DNA from: Mizuhopecten yessoensis
Lineage: Eukaryota
Length of the DNA: 64,000 nt
Direction: 5' to 3'
Assembly (NCBI RefSeq): GCF_002113885.1
Contig: NW_018403901.1
Coordinates: 252,755-316,754, forward strand
Shown here: positions 12,784 to 25,619 of the stretch, piece after piece
Layout: the number at the start of each line of letters is the position of its first letter
How positions within the stretch are numbered: position 1 is the first letter of the stretch
Notes under the pieces: model-generated
Seen by the model: only the letters and a program-made list of their open reading frames with translations
What the model was told of the DNA's origin: nothing
Databases searched by the model: none
Program-made: the position numbers and the translations under genes

Positions 12784-13639
12784 CCAATTATAATTTACAA
12801 ACTTACTCTATTATCAAAACATGCAATCCCCTGTTCCTATTAGAAAATGGATACATATATGCATACAAATCCAACGTAGATGGAAATAAAAGCTCAGAAA
12901 AGTCAATCGCTTACTTATAACATTTTATTCAACAACCATAACATCCTGTACAGAATACTGAAATCGGTTTCATGTTTTATACATGTACATGTACCTCTAT
13001 AACACAAATAACAGGGTGTGTTGTGTCTGTGATCTTTGATTTGATGCTGATAGTGAAATTAATGGAGTATTTTATCTTCCTTTTTCTATTTATATAGTCT
13101 TCTGAACATTCTGCTCTGCTCAGACTATTTTCATTTCATTTAAATTGCAAAAATGTGAACTAGCAATATTTAACTCTATTTCCATCTTGTGAAAATTCAG
13201 CTCTGCTCAGACTATTTTCATTTCATTTAAACTTCAAAATTGTGAATTAAAAATATTTAACTCCATTTTCAATTCTATACATTACTATTTACATACAGTT
13301 TATTTTAATAGCCTCATTATTAAATTGTTTGACGACTTGACGAAATGCTGTCCCTAAATATATCGTTTATTTGTCACAGCTAATCTAGAGTATGAGTTAT
13401 TATATATTTGACAGAAGCGTCCCATTGACCCATGAGTTATTGGGTAGTATTTCTACAAGAAGGATTTCAATTTCCCTTGAAACGTTTCTAATCAATCTCC
13501 TGACTTGACTAACATTCTTTTCTTAGTTAAAAAAACCGCGTTCAATTGGGGAACATCTGGTTCGACCTCCATATTTGTAAGGTTAGTTATGTTTCTCCTT
13601 CTATTTCGGTGTCTCGGATTTAACTTCTATGTTTGTCTC

Positions 13640-14645
13640 GCTAGGTTGATGATTTGTATTTATTTTCCTTGTGTGTTGATGCTGTTCTCAATTGCATCCT
13701 TGCTCTTTGTCGTTGATGAATACTTTGATCGTATGTGCTGACGCTGTAACTCATTCTTTGTGCTGATACTGCTACAATTCATGTTTTCCTGCCTTCTAGA
13801 CGTTGATGAATACTTGGTCCTTTTGTAAGCTGCAATAATTTAGTTCTAGTGCGTTGATGCTCTGCTATCTTTGTCCTTTTCTCATGTCTTTTATCTTGTC
13901 GTTATGTGTTAGTGATGTGCTTTATGTCTGTGTGTCAAGGCTTAAGTATTTATTATCCCTATGTGTTGACTATAGAGTGCATGTTTTCTTACCTGTTACT
14001 ACAGTAAAATATGCCGTCGTTGTACGATTACGTTATTTTTGTGTATGCATACATATCTTGTCAGTTTATAAAGGTTCCTGTGTATATAGAGATGTTTATG
14101 TTAAGTATCAACCTTTTTAATATGTGTACGTAAGCTAATACACTTTGACCTTAAACATTGATGCAAGAATAAAAATACTGAAGAAAATATTTCGTGTTCC
14201 ATAGTTTACAATAGCTAATAATGAATGTCAATAAATCGATTGTTTTACGTATGCAACAATACATTGTTAGGACAGCTGATAATTTAAAAAATAATAATAA
14301 ACAGTGCATATTAAATACCGATTTGAAAAGCGAAACCGCTAAAGCAACATCGATGTCCAGTGTAGACAGGGTCCCAATTAGAAAGTGTTGACAAACTGCA
14401 ACATAGGAATACAAAATGCCACGACCTTATATCAAAACCAAAAAAGGCAGGGTTATTTGGTAGTGACCAATCTAGACAAATTAAAGTATGTATCTGTTTT
14501 CATGTGAGTTGGCATTGTTATTTATATTTTCGTTGTGTGTTGACGCTGTTGTAACCTTGTCCCTGTGTAGTGACAATGTGATTTATTTCGTACCTGTGTG
14601 TTGATGCTGTGCTATATTTTGTCCTTGAATGTTGACACTGTGGTA
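13640..14645. repeat. Degenerate ~31-bp repeat tracts (ttgtccctgtgtgttgatgctgtg-like) at ~13640-14100 and ~14490-14645
   Basis: Recurring tgtgttgatgct motif. Confidence 0.55.
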
Positions 14646-15260
14646 TTTAGAAATATTAAATATAATAAAATTTTGAATTTCTGATCTAACTTTGTGTAAC
14701 CATTGGAATAGCATTCTACCTATGCAAATCTGAAAACGACATAAACAGGGTTTTATCTCTCCGGGTTTTGTGAAAACACTTGTCCTTTTAACCTTTGTCC
14801 GTGTGTTCTTTGTGTCGACCAGAATGCGTTCATTACCAGAGCGCCGGTGATTATGGGTACCGCCTCGGTCTCACTACACTTGGTACACATATTCAATACC
14901 TTCGATATACCTATTTGCTTGTCACAACATTATATTCAGCACATAGAATTAAGCGTTCACATTTGTAGATGGGATGAAAGGCAGACTTTCTATGTAAATT
15001 GAATTTACTTTATGCTATACAGCCTGCCAATCCAGTACACGTTGAATTAAGTTATGAATATACCTGTAAGAAGGACAGGTAAATAAAAATGAACGTACCA
15101 CTCGCACAGAGACTGCAGTTTCACTGTAAAATCATTAAAGGTAGCCCCCACACGTAAAACGTATGGTCGATATTACGGTATTGAGAAATAGTGTCAGCTT
15201 TCGCCTGTTTACCTTCATAGCCATTGTGCCATTGTGCAATTGTTTAGCATGGTCGTAAAC

Positions 15261-18200
15261 ATGGCGGACTCCTTTTGGATTAGCAAGTATTTTGGACTGT
15301 TAGTGATGTTCACCAACTCCATGTTTCAAGGTAAAACACACATTTATCATTGCCATCATAATCGATACTTTTAAACGCGAGAAAGACAAATTGACTTAAA
15401 GGAATAGACTAAGACATTGACAGTATAGCAACTGATATTGTGCACAGTGTGTATATCAAGTTGTATACATTGTACATGTCAGACATTATAATACCAAATG
15501 TCACAGCATTGAAATGTAAATGTATTGATTATATGTCTACTGTTTGATGGCAAAAATAAAATGTAAATGTTTTGTTACAAATAGTTACAATGTCTTTTTT
15601 TCCTCAGTAAAAGCAGCTTGCACGTTTCCAACCGATTTTCAAAACACGTGGACTACGAATTCAAGAGGAACATGGACGGCCAACAGTTCCCATATCAGCA
15701 ACTTCCAGACCACTATGACAACTTCCGGTAACACCCTGTATACAATGGGCTGCCATGAGGCCTACAATAGTTTCTATGTACTGAAGTAAGTTCCTTACTT
15801 TATATACCATAACAGCATTAATCCTGGCAACTCAGAAATTAATTTGAGTGTCTGATAGAATAATATCAAAGTGATTGCATTAAATATCATGTTATTTAAT
15901 TCTATCTTTTTGGCTGGTTGCATTTGGTCAAATGACCCTCATGGTTTTTACATATTCAGCTAATGGGAAAACGCCTCACTTTTAGCCCACACTAAACCCG
16001 TTGATATGTTTATATGGAAACCTCAAGATTGAATACTGCTAGTTTAATCAAATTGCTGAGATGATTGATTATATACGTCACCAATAACCAATATATTATA
16101 TATTTGATGCGTAAACGAACATTTTATTTGCGGAAACATATTAAGCTAAGTTCAATATATTTTCCTAGGTCAGAAGAACTATTTAACACCACACAGAACG
16201 TCTACACGTGTTTATATATCGGGAAGCAGTCCTCTTCTAAGTACACATATTCCCTCCTCACAAGTAAGTAGCCAAGCACCAAATCCACTGGATTAGATTT
16301 CTATTACTGTTGAACCTTAAAGAACATATTGGATATATGACGTAATCCTGATCTTTACCTGGCAGTTTACGTAAAGAGATTATTTCTCCTCTATACGATC
16401 ATAAAAAATCTGAGTTTTCGTTTAACGTTGGAACGTTTTAGCTATCATTTTATCAATTATTGTTTCAGTATTTAATGTTGATTAAACTCTAAACTCTCAT
16501 TCTGACCACGGCAAATTATGATAGGTGTTGTTTTCCTCAGCATATGTGAACAATTTATATACAGATATGTCGCAGTTGATGAATATCCAATAAGTCTAAG
16601 TTCATACAGCGGTATTATAAATATGTATTATTCAGCGCTTCAAACCGTCTCGACGAGTGTGACCGAACGGGTCACCACTTCCGATTCAGCACTGACAGGC
16701 AGTGCCGTCTGCGATGATACGGAATACACGACATCCGGGGAGAGAACCTACATTGCTTTGTTGTCAGGTTTGAAACTGCATGCATTTCATGTTGTGTTTC
16801 CAATTTAGAAATAACAAAAGAGGGGTTCCAATTAGGGCCTTTTGGTAGCTATCACCGATAAAGTAGTTCATTGTATATACATAGCTTGTTTCATGAAATT
16901 AAGGTCAGCTTTGAGACCTTTCCGAGTTGTGAGGTAGTAAAAGTGGTGACCCAAAATCACAATCGACCTCTTTGTGACATAACTACATATTATTTTTGAA
17001 AGTTTCTTTATAATTGTTATTTATTGTGTGACACTAAAGCTGCAAGTAATAACAAATGGCTGAACAAAGTAGCACATAATTGATAAAAGGCTCATTGTGA
17101 TCTGTTGATATATTGGCTTAATTATGTCAACAATTGTTCATCTTTTCTGTCTAAATACATATTAGACCCATTCAATAATCTTACCAAGTTGTATTTATAA
17201 GTATCTTAACCACATCTTTACAAAAAATAACCAGATAGCCACCAGAAAGCCCAAATTGGCACCCCTTCTTTAGTTTCGTTAAAAGCAAAATGGTATTAAG
17301 ATTATATATAGGTATTCCCTCTGATATAAAAGTTTTTATAAAAAAAAGGAATACAAATATGCACAGCAGCACCTACCGTCTACATGTTGTCAATCATCTC
17401 AATTTATAAAATTACTGTTCAATGTATGTAAAAATGAAATGTAATTCTTTTATTTCTGTAGTGTTGAACTACGTATACCCTAACCTCTTCAAAGGCTGGT
17501 ATTTAAAATATTTATTTACGTGATATTTTCCTAAATACTAACGTTATCATTGTCTGTGGAAGGTCTCTAGTTTTACCGAATGTTGGATCAACTTTGCCTG
17601 CGATGATTATTATTTTGACGTCACATTAACGATGACGTGATAGAAGCCTAGCAGGTAACAACATTCAGGTAACTTCTCGTTTGACCGTTTTGTGGTATTT
17701 TTTTTCTAAATAATCGCCAGGTTTTGATGCGTCGTACATTATATCCTTACTCTAAGGAACTATGTTGGAATAGCCGCTGAAAAGTACATAAATATCATTC
17801 AATGCAGGTTCGGAGTCCCAGGATAAGACAACCTGTCCTGAAGTACTACAGAGTACGTTCACGTACATAGGCACGACCTGTAATAGCACATACCTGGACG
17901 TCTGTACCGACACGGGCACCCTCACGTTTAATACGGACACCTGTTCTCAGTCCATGATGTTCTCACGTAAGTAACTAGTGGTGAACTGTATTAGTCCCAT
18001 TTCTTTTTCTTATAAAAACTGACGAGTATCATGTCCAACACTCACCAAAAAGACACAAGATTGTCGTCTGATCTTGTCATATTGCGTTGATATGTTGACA
18101 TGTCCTCTATGACTTTTTAAAGACTTGATTCGCTGATATTGTATTGTTTGATAAGAAAGTGATATTTTGTGAAAATTAAATCATACCTGTATTATTTTGT

Positions 18201-20370
18201 TTTGATCAAGCGATATGCTTTTATGTTTTGATGATGTCATAGAATGTTGCCATGTTTTGTTACTCCAGCCATGTGGTGTCATTTGTAATATGTGTTACAA
18301 GTCGAAGTTCTGACATAGTATCTATGTGTGTAAAGTAAATCAGTTAGTCAGTGAGATAAAATTAAATGTAATAAGTACAATTTTATGAGTTTTACAAGAG
18401 TACGCATACAATAGTCACGTTAACAAGTTCACAGTTTGTGTGTAGATGAGACAATGTGTGCATTTAACAGCTTTTAGGTATTTCACTGTAATTGTGATAC
18501 TATTGTTGCTGTAGAGAACGGGACTCTGTATTGTGTGAACGACGTCACGACAGGCGGGTACTACTACGTCACACTATATAACAATGACCCCTCCACCCCA
18601 GACGGTGTCACGTACTTTCAGTTCTCATGTCTGGTAAGTCACTCCAATGAATTAGCCCCGGATCTTTTACAACCTGTCCAATACATTAAAAACATAGAAA
18701 TCGATCTGTATTTGCTTTTTTAATTTTTTCGATCGTCAAGTGTCCCTATCATTTTTATCCCCAACACTAGTACAGGTTTCCTCACTCCCAAATCATTTGA
18801 TTTACCTACTTAATGTTGGTTAACATTTCTGGTTACCCACTAGTGTATGTTATTACTTGGACGTGATTTCATTAGTCAATCTTCTAATGGTGACGTAAAG
18901 TGACAAAGCTTTGCAACGTCATCTTCCATTGTCACATCGTATTACATTTTTACCAATGAAATATTGAAAATTATTCATTCTAAAAAAGTGTGGCTAATAG
19001 TTTGATATCTCGTGCTGCGCACTCGTGAAAGATCTCAAAATATTAGCCTCTTTCGTGAAATACATTTGGTATTGTTACTGAAGATACTGTTAGATATCCT
19101 CCATCTATTTGATAGTTTTCCCTACCAGAAACAGGAACAATGTATTTCCAATAGAAACATTAGTTTTTCTAGATATAATATCTTAACTTTGACGGAGAAA
19201 AATACCCAAAAAAATGATGGCTGATAATCTTGTTTATCTAGCTCTCGATATTAATTTTTAAAATGTTAGACACTCAATAAAACTCGCGTCTTATACAGTT
19301 TGAATATTCTCTAACTCGGGTAAGATAAACATTATTACTTGTACCAACCATCACTCGTAGAGGAACTGCTATATAACTTACATTTATACCTCAGTAAATG
19401 AGTATCTTTCTCTACAGGTGCTGTTCAGCACCGATACGTATGTCCTGGTGAGCGTCAGCCCTATGGAATGTGCGTCCGGACAGACCCCTCTAATAGCGCC
19501 CTCTGGTGGTTACATCACGGCACTACAGAACGACCAAGCCTGTAAGTTTTATACGTTACATACTTACTTAATAGATAGGTAATAACACGGACTTAGATAT
19601 CTAATTTAACTCCATTGTAATACATTGTAATTAAGTGTTTGGGTATATGAAATACAGACTTAATATGGAATCTATGTACTGTACATTCTAATTTAGTGTG
19701 TAAGTGCGAGATATTCTGTGTTAGTGTTCATTTATATGACAAATTAACTTTTTGTGTAAGTTTATAAAAATAACAAGTCGAATCAATTAAATAAAAAAAT
19801 ATTGTAATATAATTATACATTTGGAATAAAATAAAGTTAAATCTTAACGCATTTTGTATCAAAAGACATCTTTTATATTCATTCATGTTTCATTTTTAGG
19901 GAGCTATTTCATATATAAATTCAACTGTTATATTTTCTTCTTTCTAGCAAGCTGTTGTAAGTATACATTAATTACTTTCCCTAATAGTATTGCAGCGACA
20001 GCTTTGTAAAATAACATTGATAGAAAATAAATATTAACTGATCATTAAAAGTAGTCATGTTTTGGATGAATTGATGTTTCTTTTTCTTTCTTTTTTTATT
20101 CTGAGGTTCTTGTTAGTTTTACGTGTGTAACTTGCTACGATCTAATAATCATACAATACTTAATGTAATATCATTTTGTTGTCTATGTCGTGCAAATGTT
20201 TCGTGACAGACACAGCACCTGCTACAGAAGAAAGCATCAAAACAACTTTGATCATTCTGGCTGTGGTGCTGGGAGTTATCTGTTTGATCCTCACAGTTGC
20301 CGTCATTGTCTGCATTTACAAATACAACCGAATCAGGGAGAGGAGAAGAACAGGCAGACTCATTCACTGA
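15261..20370 (+). CDS. Gene B: 348-aa type-I membrane protein with a 12-Cys ectodomain (CxFPxxxxxxW-type module, possibly DUF7042/7044- or APCDD1-like), TM helix and short basic tail. Exons 15261-15330, 15608-15785, 16169-16263, 16636-16767, 17808-17966, 18515-18633, 19418-19541, 19948-19956, 20210-20370
   Basis: aaacATGGCG start and signal-like MADSFWISKYFGLLVMFTNSMFQVKA; canonical splice sites (mostly gtaagt) with phases 1,2,1,1,1,0,1,1 sum to 1047 nt in one open frame; TM LIILAVVLGVICLILTVAVIVCIY followed by KYNRIRERRR; AATAAA near 20998; corroborated by paralogue gene C. The family name is from recall, not a search. Confidence 0.88.
18860..19110 (-). mobile_element. Degenerate hairpin element (Crypton-like)
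   Basis: - strand reads gaggatatctaacagt...ggctaatattttg...cacgagtgcgcagcacgag...caaactattagcc; imperfect inverted arms. Confidence 0.5.
19948..19956 (+). CDS. 9-nt microexon of gene B (S-S-C)
   Basis: ttttcttctttctag|caagctgtt|gtaagt; the equivalent 9-nt exon occurs in gene C. Confidence 0.8.
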
Positions 20371-20542
20371 AAACAACACCCTTCCCTATGTAAATAACAA
20401 CCGAATCAGGGAGAGGAGAAGAACAGGCAGACTCATGCACTGAAAACAACACCCTTCCCTATGTAAATAACAACCAAATCAGGGAGAGGAGAAGAACAGG
20501 CAGACGCATTCACTGAAAACAACACCCTTCCCTATGTAAATA
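20324..20542 (+). repeat. 73-bp triplication spanning the gene B stop codon
   Basis: Units start at 20324, 20397 and 20470 and are nearly identical. Confidence 0.95.
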
Positions 20543-21337
20543 GCAAGTGGATGCACCTCCATTTTTATCCGCTGTTTAATGTGAACTAAACATTTTCTGA
20601 TTTTTGTATTCAGAGCCTTGAAAGAATTATGATTTTATGAAATATTGCAGCAATCAGTTCAAAGCTAGACTTGAATTAATCGGTTTCAAAATGTGAGATG
20701 ATAGACAGAAAACAGGTTAACTTCTAGTTCGTGAGCTGCTCTATTTGAGGTTCCAAATTAATCCCTAAGCTTTCTTGCAGTGTCTTCCTTTCAGTCAATA
20801 CTGCATACTCGGATAATTACTATTGGCGTCGTGACAATCACTGTTCATAATCTTAAGTTTTGTATATTCAAATCATTCACAATCAATGTCTTTAAATCTG
20901 TGCCCAGTGTATCTAACTTCCCTTAGATATGACATGAGAAATATAATACAATTTATTTATCGTAATTATTATGTGTGTTTTGTCTTTTTCAATATTTAAT
21001 AAAGCATCTTTTCAGTACTATACTTATTCTTATGATTTTGACTTATGAAGAACGGGTAATCTAAAGACACAATATATACAATGTTCGTGTATATATGCTT
21101 TGCGAAATACATACACAGATGTAACAAAAAAGACAAATGGAATGGTTTGGCAGTATCGTTTATCTAGCGTTGGACATATTAAGTTTCTTTATTTAAATCA
21201 ATGTGTCATTATCGATACATGAATACAAAGTGTCAATGATAAATAGAAAATGTTTCAAGATGAACGTTTGACACGCGCAGGTTATCAAATCGTTAGCATT
21301 TGGTAATAAATACAGCATATCATATATGAATAACGCT

Positions 21338-21410
21338 TCAACATACAACTGGTTCTTTCTTCTAGGACTCATCAGTGATGCCCCGGGGCCAAAAGGGTTC
21401 AAATCCAAAA
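21338..21410 (-). ncRNA. Degenerate minimal type-I hammerhead ribozyme-like motif (Penelope-like remnant)
   Basis: - strand: gcatca CTGATGA gtcct aga agaaa GAAC cagtt gta tgttg; three changes from an intact CTGATGA-gtcct-aga-aggac-GAAA core. Confidence 0.45.
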
Positions 21411-23334
21411 TTGGTCTTAACTTATGCTAAAAACAAGTAAACAGCACTTAAATTAGTTAATTTTATAAATAAAAGGAGGTACGTGTATTCGTTAATTTAA
21501 AATGAACAAATGATTAGAATGATATATTATGAACCGTGTCACTACCACGAAAAATTACTGTGGCTATCAAGTTATGGCAAACCTCGGGCACAAAGAAATC
21601 TACCAAAGGAGTTTCTTTCATGAACAAATGCACAAAAGAAAAACACATGCAAAGGCAACTCTACGATCGATGACGACTTTAAACCTTAATAAACTTAAAT
21701 TATCTGCATCTTTGGAACCTCTGTGTTGTCAGTTCTTCCGTAAGAATCGACATCTATTTCGGAAGTCATGAAATTCGGAACTAGCTCTTGAATACCGAAT
21801 CAACTATGGTATGTAATTACCCTAGATTAGCATAGGGGATCAGAGTTTTACTATCAAGAAAGGGAAAGTTCACGATCTGAAAATCAAAATCGTTCTGTTA
21901 AGCGTTTATTTGTTTCAAGAGACAACTGTGCGTTTGCTTACATTTGTTAGTCCAAACCATGAAAATGAACTCTTTTATTACTATTGGACCTATTTATGGT
22001 CAATGCCACTTCCGTTATTTAGTAGTTGATCATTTAATGTTGATAAACAATATCTTTTACAATAATAATTTTGACAGTCCTGTAATAACAAATACTTGTA
22101 ACAAACCGATAGTAAATATAACTGGACCCTTAAAACACTCTTAACCTGAAATTTAGATCAATCAGAAAACAACACTGTCTTATTGGATTGATGGGCATGT
22201 TATGTCGGCGCAAAATTCTTGCTTCCTTTTTGTCCGACGTATTTAAAGTCTCGTACGTTATGAATCTGCTTCTGAAGGTAAGCATTTGTTAAGCGCTAGA
22301 TCGACGTATCTCCTAATATCTCCACAGTCAGCCATTGTAATCCATAATCCCCAACCGGTAAACATTGCAATTATGGACAGTTTTTATTTTACAGTTGTAA
22401 AATCTGCTCACATCTGACATTAACCAAACGTACGTGCAGTCCGAAGTGAACAGTGATCTGTTATTTTGCGATATACATGTAGTTATCTGCATATCAAATG
22501 GTAACTATAGATATAATAGTATGGGACGTATGCCCCAGACAGACTTGGTCGGAAGCCTTAATACAGATGGACGGAAAGCACACCTACAGTTACATCCCGT
22601 TATACCACTGGAAGAATGACACATCTAAAGAGCTGGCGAAGTGTACTAGATTTCTAAATTAAAAAAAAAAAATGTTCGGTATTCAAGTGTCAGAGCAACA
22701 CAATTGGCAGGTACATGTTAAGTTCGATAAGTAATAACCTGACACCATACAGCTATCATTTCGTTTTATTCGGTAACGCGGACACTTAGATAAATACTGA
22801 GGATGGAAGTTGATATACTATTCATATGTAAATGTAACAAGGAGATGAATATAGACACTCTAAACATTCACAAAAGGATATAGAGCTGCGTAGAAATATT
22901 GACACCCTGTATGACAAACAATATAAATCTGTAGACACCAATAAACGTCCGTGATACTCTGCAATCACTCCCAATAATAATCATTAACTGGTTATAGTTG
23001 TCAATGTCCTTTATAACTTCAAACATTTGATTTACTAGTTCCATAATGACAATATGAAGTGGATTTAACGATTTTTTCATTCGTTCTTTGTGATAGAATC
23101 CAATTTAATTATTTACTTCGACATTGGTACCTATATTTGATTATTAAATGGAAATAACAATAACTCTATATGAGTTAATCATTCATCACTTCATAAACCT
23201 CTTCCTGCTGGTAGTTTGTTAGCTTTACCAAATAATCATCATTCTACAAATACCAGCGGCATATCTGACAACATCACCAACCACAATATCACTTTACAAA
23301 CCGGTAATAGTCGCTGGTCAGACAGTGTTTTTAA

Positions 23335-23662
23335 ATGAAACAAACCCTTACATACCTTATTAGCCGCTAATTAAACAGCAATATTCAAATGAAACATCCC
23401 CTTACAAACCTTAATATCCGCTAATTAAACAGCATACTCCAAAAAAACATCCCCTTACAAACCTTAATAGTCGCTAATGAAACAGCTTACTCCAAAAAAA
23501 CATCACCTTACAAACCTTAATAGTCGCTAATTAAACAGCAAACTCAAAATAAACATCCCCTTACATACCTTAATAGCCGCTAATTAAACAGCATACTCAA
23601 ATAAAACATCCCCTTACATACTTTAATAGTCGCTAATTAAACAGCAAACTCAAATAAAACAT
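23335..23662. repeat. Tandem repeat, ~53-bp unit, ~6 copies
   Basis: aaacatccccttacaaaccttaatagtcgctaattaaacagcatactc repeated (cccttac at 23345, 23399, 23452...). Confidence 0.9.
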
Positions 23663-25619
23663 ATAAATTATATCTGACTGTATTACCGATTTTTTTTTTT
23701 TACCGTAAACCTGTACTATCTGATGTTTTTTTACAATACAAATTCATTATCAAATAAAACACCACAATCCCCCATTGCCTCCTTGTGTGACCAAATATAT
23801 TCTAACTTAAAAAAACACACTTTATTTTGACAAAAATATCACTTCTCTTTTACTCGGTTTCTTGATGATATTTATTTCAACAATCGATATGCGATACAAT
23901 ATACTGGTAAGTTAGGTTACACTCCAATGTGTTACTCACGTGGTCTAGTTTTCTTGTTCATGTTTCAGAGAGACTACAGCATACGACTCAGTGTTGACGT
24001 CAATATCTTTTTTCTGATTTTGTTTACATATATCTAGAAAAATATAATAATTGATACAGAAATCGTTCGTATTCTTTATAAAGGCTGAAGTATCGTTTTA
24101 GGTGCTCTATTACAGAGCATTTTTGTATTGGAAATAATTAGTAATCAATTAACAAGCAACAGCTTCACGTTGTGCTCAATCCACCTAACGGTAATAACAC
24201 AGCTATACAGCAACACCATTTATGATTTATACATAATATGTAAAAGGGTCGGAAATTTTGCTGTTTCAACTAGTTTTCAATAACTATTTTGTCCAATTAT
24301 GAATCTTTCATTTGTATGTAGTATATAATGATTATTAAGAAGTTAAGACAGTAACTCAATTATTTTATTGGCCCTGACTGCCCTATTGGACACACTGAAA
24401 TTATCTACATACAAAATAGAGGTCATCTCCCTTGTGACGATACAATATGTCCATGAACTTGCTTATAGCCTATAAGCCATGTCGACAAAGGAGAGCTTGT
24501 TTCCCCCGCTCAATTATTTCATTATAATATACCATACAGAAGTATGCATTGAGTGTAAATGTCGGTTAGTGGCTTTATGTGGACACACTGCTTCTTTTTC
24601 ACCCGCATTGATTGTGTCCTTGTCTCTGGAACTGTTCATTATATATATATCACACCGGACGTGACGCATCCGGACCCGTTAGGAGAGGCCATTGTGCCAA
24701 ATTTCTGGACAATTATGTGGCTAGAAGTATCGATATTGATTTCTTAACATTACCAGACAGTATTGTTTGACAATTCAAAGGAGTATTGAGGAACTTCAGT
24801 TTGGTTCTAGTTTTTTATTTTATCATAAAACCGTTATAGGGATTTGTAAATCGTTTGATTGATTTAACAGGTTAGTAATTATACATCGACAACAAACTGC
24901 CTACTACCGATGTTACATCGATATGGGAACTCCAGCAACCCATACCGAGTAACAAACAGGAACTCGTAGTCCGTTACTAATCGTTCCACTTAATTAACGG
25001 AAACATGAAAAAGTTTTTAAATTTCAAATTCACCTTTAGTATTGTTCTGTACGTATTAATCCGCTCTCCTGACCAGGCTTTGGAGCGTTAAACAAAACCA
25101 ATAAAAGATTATGATACTAATCACTCCTACACCATACTAGTAACACTGCTAGCGATTCATTTCACAATTAGAAAAGGTGAGAGTTTAAATGTCCACGACA
25201 ACTCGGCGTGAGATGTGTATTGGTGCGGTGGCCGTTTCGTTTCTGTTCGTTTTAATGTGAACGCAGGTAAGGACGGATCTTTCTTAGACAAGCTGCCAAC
25301 TCCGTAAACTACGGCTGTAGGCAGACCGCCAGCTTCTCACAACCAATCCAGGGAGTCCCATTCTAGTGCTCTCTTACATACAGTATATGGTTTTACCTGT
25401 CGTAGACCTTAGAGTTTAACTTCACCCGTCCACAGGGGTATTATGCAGTCTCTATAGTGATACGTCACCTGTGGTGAACTATTTATAGAACCACGCGAGG
25501 AGCGCGAGCCTGTCGTGATACGACATACGCAAATCATGACTTAAGAGAAGACGTATTCGTTTGATTCTAAATAAGATATATTTTATTCAAATTTTGATGT
25601 TCCTCTGACAGAAAAAAAA

